A DNA stretch of 64,000 nt, from the IMG/VR virus record IMGVR_UViG_3300022591_000005, positions 598 through 64,597 of that record, one strand, 5' to 3'. Each line of letters opens with the position of its first letter. Within the stretch, counting starts at the first letter, position 1. The notes below the pieces were generated by a model, which made no database searches, was not told the DNA's origin, and worked only from the letters and a program-made list of their open reading frames with translations. This DNA comes from a virus. Taxonomy: Duplodnaviria > Caudoviricetes. Shown one piece after another: positions 49,624 to 57,356 of the stretch. The position numbers were made by a program, and so were the translations under genes.

Positions 49624-49698
49624 AGCCTATTAGCTCAGTGGTAGAGCACCGTCTTGATAAGGCGTAGGTCCTTGGATCGTTCCCAAGATAGGCTACCA
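49624..49698 (+). tRNA. tRNA-Ile(GAT)
   Basis: Loop TTGATAA, CCA. Confidence 0.88.
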
Positions 49699-49702
49699 AG
49701 TT

Positions 49703-49767
49703 AAGGATGAGTTCTGCAAATTTCAAAGCTAAACTTTTTGGTTGTCTAGCGACAAAAATCATCCTGT
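49703..49767 (+). ncRNA. CAGCAA-module RNA E1
   Basis: aggatga..ctgcaa...tcatcctg. Confidence 0.6.
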
Positions 49768-49776
49768 TTTTTCTAT

Positions 49777-49855
49777 TCCGCGAAATCCAAGCAAGGTGCA
49801 GGGACCTGACTGTTAATCAGTGGTTAGGTGAGTTCGATCCTCACACGCGGAGCCA
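49777..49855 (+). tRNA. tRNA-Asn(GTT)
   Basis: Loop CTGTTAA, CCA. Confidence 0.8.
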
Positions 49856-49864
49856 GTTATCTGT

Positions 49865-49938
49865 TGGCGCATTATGTAATGGTAGCATATCAGACTTTGA
49901 CTCTGAGAGTGTAGGTTCGATCCCTACTGCGCCTGCCA
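49865..49938 (+). tRNA. tRNA-Gln(TTG)
   Basis: Loop CTTTGAC, CCA. Confidence 0.85.
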
Positions 49939-49943
49939 AGTTT

Positions 49944-50000
49944 TAGGATTCATTCAGCAATTAAAAATTTTATATTGAAAATAAAAAAAGCGAATCCTGT
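49944..50000 (+). ncRNA. CAGCAA-module RNA E2 (Ser-UGA-like anticodon hairpin)
   Basis: taggattc..cagcaa..ttttat-attgaaa-ataaaa..gaatcctg. Confidence 0.7.
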
Positions 50001-50008
50001 TTTAATAT

Positions 50009-50083
50009 ATCGCGTTGGACTTCTGGGTAGGTCCTTGGCCCTTCAAGCCAAAGAGACGGGTTCGATTCCCGTACGCGATACCA
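50009..50083 (+). tRNA. tRNA-Glu(TTC), C33 variant
   Basis: Loop CCTTCAA, CCA. Confidence 0.8.
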
Positions 50084-50089
50084 ATCTAT

Positions 50090-50165
50090 GGTGTTAGTAG
50101 TGTAGTGGTCTGCACCTCGCTCTGTGAAAGCGATAGTATGGGATCGTTCCCCATCTAGCACCCCA
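50090..50165 (+). tRNA. tRNA-His(GTG)
   Basis: G-1, loop CTGTGAA, C73-CCA. Confidence 0.85.
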
Positions 50166-50167
50166 AT

Positions 50168-50243
50168 GCAACTTTAGCTGATGTGGTCATAGCGGCGGTT
50201 TGAAGCACCGTTGAAGTAGGTTCGATTCCTACAGGTTGCACCA
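50168..50243 (+). tRNA. tRNA-Phe(GAA)
   Basis: Loop TTGAAGC, CCA. Confidence 0.82.
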
Positions 50244-50249
50244 AGTTTT

Positions 50250-50324
50250 GCCTCCGTAGTATAATGGATAATATACTGGTCTACGAAGCCGGGGATTGTG
50301 GTTCGATTCCATACGGAGGCGCCA
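50250..50324 (+). tRNA. tRNA-Arg(ACG)
   Basis: Loop CTACGAA, CCA. Confidence 0.88.
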
Positions 50325-50331
50325 AGTTAAT

Positions 50332-50407
50332 GGGGCATGGGCATGGGCACCCGGATTTGCTTTGCAAGCAGATAGCCTGATCGGTTCGAGTCCGATATGT
50401 TCCACCA
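50332..50407 (+). tRNA. tRNA-Ala(TGC), atypical D-arm
   Basis: G3:U70, loop TTTGCAA, CCA. Confidence 0.75.
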
Positions 50408-50412
50408 ATTAT

Positions 50413-50486
50413 GTATCCCTAGTGTAATGGCAGCATTACAGTCTCCAAAACTGTCGGTCGGGGTTCGAGTCCCTGGGGGTACGCCA
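50413..50486 (+). tRNA. tRNA-Trp(CCA)
   Basis: Loop CTCCAAA, CCA. Confidence 0.88.
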
Positions 50487-50491
50487 ACAAT

Positions 50492-50580
50492 GGAAGGTTA
50501 ACTGGACTGGGTCCAGCTCTGTCTTGAAAACAGAAGGTGTGCGAAAGCGCATAGAGTTCGATTCTACTATCCTTCCTCCA
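50492..50580 (+). tRNA. tRNA-Ser(TGA)
   Basis: Loop CTTGAAA, long variable arm, CCA. Confidence 0.8.
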
Positions 50581-50585
50581 TATTA

Positions 50586-50661
50586 TAGGCTTGACATGAA
50601 ATGTTTTTCATATCGTTATGACATGACGACTTAGGCAGTTAGATTCTGCACTAGCCCACCA
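50586..50661 (+). pseudogene. Degenerate tRNA-like element (GAC loop)
   Basis: Cloverleaf-like, tcgtt-atgacat-gacga, ends ACCA, non-canonical loops. Confidence 0.4.
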
Positions 50662-50666
50662 ATTAT

Positions 50667-50744
50667 CTCTGTGTAATGTCAATCTGGTAGACGGCCTGAT
50701 CTGGAGTCAGGAGGCTGTAGGTTCGAATCCTACCATGGAGACCA
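50667..50744 (+). tRNA. tRNA-Pro(TGG), C33 variant
   Basis: Loop TCTGGAG, CCA. Confidence 0.8.
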
Positions 50745-50749
50745 AATTT

Positions 50750-50848
50750 GCCGCTATAGCTTAATGGTAAAGACGAGAGCTTATACCTCTCCAAAGCAGT
50801 GGCCAGATAAGCCACCGTGTGCAGGTTCGAGTCCTGCTAGCGGCACCA
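50750..50848 (+). tRNA. tRNA-Ile(TAT) with large extra arm
   Basis: gagag-CTTATAC-ctctc; ~29-nt variable region; CCA. Confidence 0.7.
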
Positions 50849-50852
50849 AGTT

Positions 50853-50910
50853 TAGGATGCGTCCAGCAACTTACAAAATTCAACTTTTAATTGAAAAATA
50901 AGCATCCTGT
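50853..50910 (+). ncRNA. CAGCAA-module RNA E3 (Lys-UUU anticodon hairpin)
   Basis: taggatgc..cagcaa..ttcaa-CTTTTAA-ttgaa..gcatcctg. Confidence 0.75.
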
Positions 50911-51021
50911 TTTTAAAATGTTCAAAAGGAGAACGACAATGAAACGTGCTAAACGTTAGTGTCGCTCTAGATCCCGTATTGGTCTAGGGTTGGCACATTA
51001 AATCAAATTTAATACAACTAA

Positions 51022-51097
51022 CCCTATCTAGCGTTAACGGTAGCGCACTTGACTCTTAATCAATGAGGTGTCGGTTCGAATCCGACGGTAGGGACCA
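51022..51097 (+). tRNA. tRNA-Lys(CTT)
   Basis: Loop CTCTTAA, CCA. Confidence 0.88.
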
Positions 51098-51101
51098 ATA
51101 C

Positions 51102-51179
51102 GGGATCGTAGTGTCAACGGTTTAGCACAGCGGACTTTTAATCCGCCAGGTGAGGGTTCGAATCCCTCCGGTCCTACCA
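51102..51179 (+). tRNA. tRNA-Lys(TTT)
   Basis: Loop CTTTTAA, CCA. Confidence 0.9.
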
Positions 51180-51686
51180 TTAAATGTAATTGAAATTAAT
51201 TACTGCTCTATATGCGTTGTCGGTACATGAAGTGCCAGTATGCAAGTCTGTTGTATCAAAAATAGCAAGTCTGTTTTCAACACTGTTAATTCGTTCACCG
51301 TCTTTAAACAAGGTGTATCCATTATTAGTGTTAAGATAAAATACAGCAGTTTTACATACTTGTTCTAATTTGCCTGGCAAGTCAGTATGAAACCCATGTT
51401 CAACGATTTCATTTGTGCATGGAACAATATTTGCTTTAATCTTTATTATTGCCTCCGGCTGCAGGATGTGCAATATAGGAGAAAGCAAATCTAAATACTG
51501 ACTTTCTACAAATGGACTCATGTAAAAAGAATGAACAAATTGATTATTATATTTTGGATCGCATGATAATTTTTCAGATGCAACAATGTCATGCATCATC
51601 CAAGGAAAATTAGGTCCAAGGATAGTATTTTTAATCATATCTAAGTCTTCTTGTTGAAGACAGTTGTCTGTTATTGTAAGTTTCAT
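51180..51686 (-). CDS. 2OG-Fe(II) oxygenase-like protein
   Basis: HTD..TAVFYLNTNNGYT..H..R.VINFNY. Confidence 0.8.
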   Translation of the reverse strand: MKLTITDNCLQQEDLDMIKNTILGPNFPWMMHDIVASEKLSCDPKYNNQFVHSFYMSPFVESQYLDLLSPILHILQPEAIIKIKANIVPCTNEIVEHGFHTDLPGKLEQVCKTAVFYLNTNNGYTLFKDGERINSVENRLAIFDTTDLHTGTSCTDNAYRAVINFNYI

Positions 51687-51713
51687 AGTACAGTATATAT
51701 CGTAAAAAATTAT

Positions 51714-51788
51714 GGTAACGTAGCATAATGGTTGTGCACCTCCTTCATACGGAGCCAGGTGTGAGTTCGAATCTCACCGTTACCACCA
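51714..51788 (+). tRNA. tRNA with CAT anticodon (Met or Ile2)
   Basis: Loop TTCATAC, CCA. Confidence 0.82.
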
Positions 51789-51794
51789 AGTTAT

Positions 51795-51886
51795 GGCGGA
51801 TACTTTCCACATGGTTGTGGAGAGCATTCAGATCGGAATGTTTACAGCAAACTTTTTAACAGGTTCGACTCCTGTATCCGCCGCCT
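51795..51886 (+). ncRNA. tRNA-like RNA E4 with CAGCAA module replacing the anticodon arm
   Basis: ggcggat/atccgcc acceptor, T-arm, gcattc/gaatgt-ttacagcaa. Confidence 0.6.
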
Positions 51887-51894
51887 AACAAATT

Positions 51895-51968
51895 GCTCTA
51901 TTAGTATAATGGCAATACTCCGGTTTTGTAGTCCGGCAATCGTGGTTCGATTCCTCGATGGAGCACCA
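51895..51968 (+). tRNA. tRNA-Thr(TGT)
   Basis: Loop TTTGTAG, CCA. Confidence 0.8.
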
Positions 51969-52079
51969 AGAGCCTCACCCTTGCATATGGTGTATAATAG
52001 GATAAGTTGTATGCAGCAAACAGACCCCCGCTTTTCTAGATTGTGCGGTGAACAATCTAGAACAAATAAGTAAGTTTAT

Positions 52080-52153
52080 GCGGGTATGATGTAATGGTAA
52101 CCTGAAACCTTGCCAAGGTTTATTCGCGAGTTCGATTCTCGCTACCCGCTCCA
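52080..52153 (+). tRNA. tRNA-Gly(GCC)
   Basis: Loop TTGCCAA, U73-CCA. Confidence 0.9.
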
Positions 52154-52203
52154 TACATCCTTCCAGAGTTGTTCGTATAGCGTCCCCTGGAAGTTCTCAG
52201 TTT

Positions 52204-52310
52204 TAGGATCAGTTCAGCAATCTTAAATCCAAGCAGAATGTCGTGGGTTCGAATCCCACCTTAATTGTAGCTCAGTTGGTAGAGCGTCCGCCATAAAAAG
52301 ATGATCCTGT
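52204..52310 (+). ncRNA. CAGCAA-module RNA E5 enclosing a circularly permuted tRNA-Val-like domain (YrlA-like)
   Basis: T-arm precedes D-arm; closed by taggatc/gatcctg. Confidence 0.78.
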
Positions 52311-52323
52311 TAGTTTGACCATT

Positions 52324-52443
52324 TAGGTTCTTTTCAGCAAATTTAAATAATCTTTCTGCAAAAAAGAGAGGCTGGGTTCGAATCCCAGGCACAGCTTGGT
52401 CAGTTGTGTTAGTGTAGTGGTAGCACGAAAAAAGAGAACCTGT
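52324..52443 (+). ncRNA. CAGCAA-module RNA E6 enclosing a circularly permuted tRNA (GCA anticodon)
   Basis: Order: anticodon arm, T-arm, capped acceptor stem, D-arm; closed by taggttc/gaacctg. Confidence 0.8.
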
Positions 52444-52461
52444 TATAATAAGGAGACTACT

Positions 52462-52629
52462 GTGAAAGCAATTACATTTAAAAACAGATTTAATGGCGAA
52501 AAGGTAGTGTGCAAGGATGTTAAAGAAGTCCAAGTAATTGACGGTGTCGAGTACTTGCTTGTTAGCAAAACTGTACAAGATAGAAAATTCCTAATGCGTA
52601 AAGATGCATTAGAAAAAGTCAAAGGATAA
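52462..52629 (+). CDS. Hypothetical protein
   Basis: AAGGAG SD + GTG. Confidence 0.6.
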   Translation: MKAITFKNRFNGEKVVCKDVKEVQVIDGVEYLLVSKTVQDRKFLMRKDALEKVKG

Positions 52630-52633
52630 AATC

Positions 52634-53125
52634 ATGCAATGGATTCAAAACGTAGCAATGGTGGATGTAGCAAAAGGGCACCACTTTGATGCTGGTGTGA
52701 ATTCTATGCTTATCCAAATTGTAGACCCAGGAATGGAATTTCCTATTCCATTTAATAAGTTTGCAGAAGTGCATCAATTTCAATTCTTAGATTTGGAAAA
52801 AGATGACAAGGCTCCAGAAGAGTTAAAAATTCAGGACGAACAAGCAGAGCAACTTGTGGCTCTATTACAACATGCACTTGACAAACATATGCAAGTTGTA
52901 GTACACTGTGTTGCTGGAGTTTGTAGAAGTGGTGCAGTTTGTGAAGTTGGAGTAATGATGGGATTTAACGACACTGAAGTGTTTCGCAGCCCAAATTTAC
53001 TAGTCAAACACAAGATGATGAAAGTCTTAGGTTGGACATACGATGAAAACGAACCACACACTATAAACGGTATAACATTAGACTCGGGATTTATTGTCCC
53101 AAAGAATTACGAAGGTGATATATGA
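52634..53125 (+). CDS. Cys-dependent (tyrosine/dual-specificity-type) phosphatase
   Basis: HCVAGVCRS (CX5R). Confidence 0.85.
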   Translation: MQWIQNVAMVDVAKGHHFDAGVNSMLIQIVDPGMEFPIPFNKFAEVHQFQFLDLEKDDKAPEELKIQDEQAEQLVALLQHALDKHMQVVVHCVAGVCRSGAVCEVGVMMGFNDTEVFRSPNLLVKHKMMKVLGWTYDENEPHTINGITLDSGFIVPKNYEGDI

Positions 53126-53490
53126 GTATGTACAATATGCTGTTTGGTGTAAATCCTGACACTGATCAATTGATGGAAATCTTAGGAAAGACCCAAGGTG
53201 ATTTTGGTCGTTTCCGCAATGTCTATATGGAAGATGGTTACATTATTGTGCATACACGTAATGGTGGTGGCAACCGTGAAGACTATGAAGACGTATTCGA
53301 TGAAATGTCAGAGCACCCTTGGTATAGCCACGATGAAGATGATAGTTTTGACTGCACATACGCTAACATATACTTCAAGGTTCCCGAGAATCACGAAGAT
53401 TTTATGGCAATTCGTAACCTCAACGCAGGTAAGAGTCCAAGTAAGCAATGGGGTGAATTGCTTGCTACAATGGAAGCATTGAAAAAGTAA
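53122..53490 (+). CDS. Hypothetical protein
   Basis: HTRNGGGNR motif. Confidence 0.7.
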   Translation: MSMYNMLFGVNPDTDQLMEILGKTQGDFGRFRNVYMEDGYIIVHTRNGGGNREDYEDVFDEMSEHPWYSHDEDDSFDCTYANIYFKVPENHEDFMAIRNLNAGKSPSKQWGELLATMEALKK

Positions 53491-53500
53491 AGGAAAAGAA

Positions 53501-54049
53501 ATGAGAACATGGGTTACAAGTGACTTGCATTTTGGTCACAAGAATATCATGAAGTTCTGCCCTGTGACCCGTGCTCGTTTCCGCGATGACGTAGCATACA
53601 TGAATAACGCAATGGTTGAAGAATGGAACAACAAAGTTGCTCCGGAAGATACTGTTTACATCTTAGGTGATGTAGCGTTTATGTCGGGCAGTGATGCAGG
53701 ACGGATGATGCAACGTTTAAATGGTACAAAGATTTTGGTTGAAGGCAACCATGACCGTAAGACATTGATGGATGCAACATTCCGCAGTGCGTTTGCAGAA
53801 GTACACAAGTACTTGGATATTACATATGATGGTCACAAGATTGTCATGTTTCACTATCCAATTGCTGAATGGGATCAAATGCACAGAGGAGCATTGCACT
53901 TGTACGGTCACTTGCATGGCGGTACAAGCGGATTAGAAAAGTATCGTGCGTTTGATGTAGGAATGGACTCAACAGGTGAAATTTGTGTATCAATGGAATA
54001 CGTAATCAATCGTATTAAGGATAACGAAATTAAAGGACATCACGTATAA
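53501..54049 (+). CDS. Calcineurin-like metallophosphoesterase
   Basis: SDLHFGH, LGD, GNHD, HYP and GHLH motifs. Confidence 0.9.
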   Translation: MRTWVTSDLHFGHKNIMKFCPVTRARFRDDVAYMNNAMVEEWNNKVAPEDTVYILGDVAFMSGSDAGRMMQRLNGTKILVEGNHDRKTLMDATFRSAFAEVHKYLDITYDGHKIVMFHYPIAEWDQMHRGALHLYGHLHGGTSGLEKYRAFDVGMDSTGEICVSMEYVINRIKDNEIKGHHV

Positions 54050-54555
54050 TGGATACAATCGAAAAGGCTAGAGTTTTTGCAACTGCGGCACATGCAGCGG
54101 CGGCTCAACTTCGTAAGTATACGAATGAGCCTTATATTGTCCATCCTGCTGAAGTTGCTAGTATTATTGACAATCTTGAAGGTGCTTCTGTAGCTATGGT
54201 TGCAGCAGCATGGTTACATGATGTAGTCGAAGATACAGGAGTTACAATTGAAATCATCAAATCGGAGTTCGGTGAAGAAGTCGCAGACTTGGTGGGATGG
54301 CTTACCGACGTTAGCCGTCCGGAACAAGGTAACAGAGCAACACGCAAAGCAATTGACAGAGCGCACACTGCAATGGCACCCGCAGAAGCGCAAACAATCA
54401 AGTTGGCAGATTTAATTTCTAACTGCACAAGTATTGTTGAGCATGACGCAACATTTGCAAAAACATACTTAGAAGAAAAGAGATTACTGCTTGAAGTTTT
54501 AACAAAAGGCGATCGTTCTCTCTGGGAACACGCTAACAAGATTGTGAGCAAATAA
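54049..54555 (+). CDS. HD-domain hydrolase, small alarmone hydrolase/Mesh1-like
   Basis: AH..Q.RK...PYIVHP, LHDVVEDT and IKLAD..SN motifs. Confidence 0.85.
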   Translation: MDTIEKARVFATAAHAAAAQLRKYTNEPYIVHPAEVASIIDNLEGASVAMVAAAWLHDVVEDTGVTIEIIKSEFGEEVADLVGWLTDVSRPEQGNRATRKAIDRAHTAMAPAEAQTIKLADLISNCTSIVEHDATFAKTYLEEKRLLLEVLTKGDRSLWEHANKIVSK

Positions 54556-55460
54556 TGTTTAAAGACAAGTTGAAGGAGTACGTAGAGACTAGCGGCTTGG
54601 TTAACATGAAAGAAGCTGGCGACGGCATCTACGTACTCAAGTACAAGAAAAAAGTGTTCTACGATAACTTGTGGAACGAATACATTGCTGAATGCCGTGG
54701 ATCTGTTGTAGATAAGGATTTCAACCTAGTTGCATACCCATTTACAAAGATCTACAACTATGGAATTGAAAAGGAAGCACCTGTCCTATCTGATGATACT
54801 AAGGTAACTGCTTTTCGTAAAGTAAACGGTTTCATGGTAGCTTGTACTTGGTACAACGATGACGTTTTAGTGTCTACTACAGGTAGTACTGACAGCCCAT
54901 ACGTTGATATGGCCAAGGAAATGATGATGGAACACATGTGCTGGGCAGACTGGCAAATGGCATTGTGCAACACTGAGACCCAAGGCATGACATTTATGTT
55001 TGAGTGTGTGCATCCAAGTGATCCACATATCATCCCTGAAGAAGAAGGTATGTACCTCCTAGGATATCGTGAAAACGAATTTGGCAGCAATGTGGGTCAC
55101 GACCCATTCGTGTTGCAAGACTTAGGTCGCATGTTTAATTGTTTCGTGCCAGAAAGTGTAACAACTAACATGGCTCGACTAAAGCAATTAGCTAAGGAAT
55201 GCAAGCACGAAGGTTATGTATTCTATACAGATGATGGTGTAAGTGCTAAGATCAAGTCGCCATACTACTTAACTTCAAAGTGGGTTGCTCGCAATCCACG
55301 TACAGATAAGTTAGTAGACTTGAACAAGGACATTAAGCACAACATTGACGAAGAGTATTACGGATTGATTGATCATATCCGTGCTAACATTGTTGAGTAT
55401 ACTGCTATGGACGAGCAAGCTCGTTTATCGTGGGTGCGTAACTATATGGAGGCGGCCTAA
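54555..55460 (+). CDS. RNA ligase (T4 Rnl1-like)
   Basis: ECRG, PFTKIYN, KVNG (motif I), FE, EGYV and KIKS motifs. Confidence 0.82.
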   Translation: MFKDKLKEYVETSGLVNMKEAGDGIYVLKYKKKVFYDNLWNEYIAECRGSVVDKDFNLVAYPFTKIYNYGIEKEAPVLSDDTKVTAFRKVNGFMVACTWYNDDVLVSTTGSTDSPYVDMAKEMMMEHMCWADWQMALCNTETQGMTFMFECVHPSDPHIIPEEEGMYLLGYRENEFGSNVGHDPFVLQDLGRMFNCFVPESVTTNMARLKQLAKECKHEGYVFYTDDGVSAKIKSPYYLTSKWVARNPRTDKLVDLNKDIKHNIDEEYYGLIDHIRANIVEYTAMDEQARLSWVRNYMEAA

Positions 55461-55467
55461 GGATGAA

Positions 55468-55677
55468 ATGTTTGACAGCTATCAAACATCGACTCCTGAA
55501 AAGGTAACATATAACTGGGAACAGGTATTTGCCTGGCTCCCAGTTGCTGTTCATGGCAAACGTAAATGGTTTACTAAAGTGTGGCGTAGGAAAGTTGCTG
55601 TCTATGGTGATGAAAGAAACATGCCGCTGCGATACCAGTACGGTAATATATTTGATGTAATCAAGGACGAAGAATGA
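55468..55677 (+). CDS. Hypothetical protein
   Basis: FAWLPV motif. Confidence 0.55.
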   Translation: MFDSYQTSTPEKVTYNWEQVFAWLPVAVHGKRKWFTKVWRRKVAVYGDERNMPLRYQYGNIFDVIKDEE

Positions 55678-55886
55678 ATGATGAAAGTCACTTGCCTGTA
55701 GCAGAACAAAGCCTACTGTTCCGTTTACGCAAAAGAGCAGAAATACGTAGGTCTATTCCAGGTAGGCTAGCAGTTGTAGAAGGGAAACCAGATAAGATTG
55801 CTAACTTGTTAGATGAAGCAGCAGACGAAATTGAACATTTACAAGAAACTGTAGCAGCACTTGTTGCTCAGAGGCTTGGGGGATAG
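55674..55886 (+). CDS. Hypothetical protein
   Basis: RLRKRAEIRR..LLDEAADEIE. Confidence 0.65.
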   Translation: MNDESHLPVAEQSLLFRLRKRAEIRRSIPGRLAVVEGKPDKIANLLDEAADEIEHLQETVAALVAQRLGG

Positions 55887-55888
55887 TT

Positions 55889-56476
55889 ATGTTAGTAGAA
55901 CCGTTATTTCCAGTACCGATTTATGTATGTCAAGTAGCAGATAAACTTAACATTCAAAAAGAGTGTTTAGACTCAGTAAATAAGTTTGGAGCAAGTTTCT
56001 TTTCTAAGTCACCTGTTGTCGATCCTATTAGTCATAGTTTGTCTGATCCTACGTTTACATCTAATTTGATTGCAGACATTGGGCTTGTACACATCGAAAA
56101 AGAAATTCATCAGCAAGTAACCAATTATTTGTTGCAGCTCGGACATAGATCTATTCAAAGTTTTAAAATTGTTGCTAGTTGGATGACTCATACAGCACCA
56201 AAAGAGTATACTCCTGTACACGATCATGCATCAGCAGATCTATCAGGTGTGTATTATATAAAAACTAATGGGCAAGATGGTGAAATATTTTTCATGGATC
56301 CAAATCCAGCAATGAATGCAACTTATTGTTTTTCTACTCTGCCTAAAAGATATGCACATGCACCCGAAGAAGGAAAAATGGTTATTTTTCCCGGTTGGTT
56401 ATTGCATGGTGTAAATTCAAATCAAACCGATGATGTACGCATTAGTATATCATTCAATATTTTGTTTGATAGATAA
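55889..56476 (+). CDS. 2OG-Fe(II) oxygenase-like protein (TIGR02466-type)
   Basis: HDH..SGVYY, FPGWLLH and RISISFN motifs. Confidence 0.82.
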   Translation: MLVEPLFPVPIYVCQVADKLNIQKECLDSVNKFGASFFSKSPVVDPISHSLSDPTFTSNLIADIGLVHIEKEIHQQVTNYLLQLGHRSIQSFKIVASWMTHTAPKEYTPVHDHASADLSGVYYIKTNGQDGEIFFMDPNPAMNATYCFSTLPKRYAHAPEEGKMVIFPGWLLHGVNSNQTDDVRISISFNILFDR

Positions 56477-56479
56477 TTT

Positions 56480-56557
56480 GCCCCTCTGGACAAATTGGTA
56501 AAGTCGTCTCTCTCAAAAGGAGAAGTTCTCACAGTTCGAATCTGTGGAGGGGTACCA
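56480..56557 (+). tRNA. tRNA-Leu(CAA), short variable arm
   Basis: Loop CTCAAAA, CCA. Confidence 0.8.
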
Positions 56558-56566
56558 AAGTTTAAT

Positions 56567-56682
56567 GCCGCTGTCGTCTAATGGTAGGACACTTAAAAAG
56601 GTGACTCTGTTTAGAGTACGTTCAGCATAAATTTTTCCATGTCAAGGAAGAGACGGGGGTTCGAATCCCTCCGGCGGCGCCA
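56567..56682 (+). tRNA. tRNA-Asp(GTC)-like gene with ~40-nt CAGCA-module insert (E7)
   Basis: gccgctg/cggcggc-GCCA; ttcc-ATGTCAA-ggaa; insert between D-arm and anticodon arm. Confidence 0.72.
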
Positions 56683-56689
56683 AGTTAAT

Positions 56690-56811
56690 GTGTGAATGCT
56701 GAAACGGTAGACAGCTGGACGGCAGTTCGGGTAAAGGGTTCGAGTCCCTTGGAAGTCCGCAAGACTTTTAGTATGGTACTATTGGAGGTTCGAATCCTTC
56801 TTCACACACCA
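56690..56811 (+). ncRNA. tRNA-like RNA with two T-arms and no clear anticodon arm
   Basis: gtgtgaa/ttcacac-ACCA; two GGTTCGA loops. Confidence 0.6.
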
Positions 56812-56814
56812 GTT

Positions 56815-56925
56815 TAGGATAGTTACTGCAAACACTTTTCTCGCTCCACAACTCGCGAGGGTGGCCCGCTGGGGGTTAAAGTTCCAATTAAGGGTTCGAG
56901 TCCCGCCCTGGAACACCTATCCTGT
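56815..56925 (+). ncRNA. CAGCAA-module RNA E8
   Basis: taggatag..ctgcaa...T-loop hairpin...ctatcctg. Confidence 0.65.
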
Positions 56926-56928
56926 TTT

Positions 56929-57002
56929 GCTCCTATAGTTAAATGGAAGAACACTACTTTGGTAAAGTAGAAATACAAGTTCGATTCTTGTTAGGAGCAC
57001 CA
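56929..57002 (+). tRNA. tRNA-Thr(GGT)
   Basis: Loop TTGGTAA, CCA. Confidence 0.85.
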
Positions 57003-57006
57003 ATTT

Positions 57007-57081
57007 GCGGCGGTAGTCTAATGGAAAGGCAACGCTCTTCTAAAGCGTCCTATGTAGGTTCGAGTCCTATTCGCCGCACCA
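57007..57081 (+). tRNA. tRNA-Arg(TCT)
   Basis: Loop CTTCTAA, CCA. Confidence 0.85.
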
Positions 57082-57086
57082 ATAAT

Positions 57087-57161
57087 GGGCCATTAGCTCA
57101 ATGGAAGAGTTCCGGTCTTCGAAACCGGTTGTTGCAGGTTCGAGTCCTGTGTGGCCCACCA
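57087..57161 (+). tRNA. tRNA-Arg(TCG)
   Basis: Loop CTTCGAA, CCA. Confidence 0.85.
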
Positions 57162-57191
57162 AAAATATTTTAAAAATATTTCAAAAAGATG

Positions 57192-57220
57192 TTGACATAC
57201 AGCACTTTAGACTATATAAT
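57192..57220 (+). promoter_or_regulatory. Sigma70 promoter for the second tRNA block
   Basis: TTGACA-17-TATAAT. Confidence 0.8.
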
Positions 57221-57280
57221 AGATACTTAGACAGTTAGGAAAGACTAACAAACGTTCATTAAAAATCTAAGAGATAATAT

Positions 57281-57356
57281 GCTGGGTTCGTCTAGAGGCC
57301 TAGGACATCGCCCTTTCACGGCGAGAACACGGATTCGAATTCCGTACCCAGTACCA
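57281..57356 (+). tRNA. tRNA-Glu(TTC)
   Basis: Loop CTTTCAC, CCA. Confidence 0.9.

Noticed and set aside
49529-50161. ORF-track ORFs over tRNA regions (also 56943-57736, 59371-59703, 60658-60852)
   Set aside because: They overlap well-formed tRNA genes and are shadow ORFs.
51969-52075. Additional CAGCAA-module copy (taggataag...gcagcaaa)
   Set aside because: No matching ATCCTG closing strand at an appropriate position.
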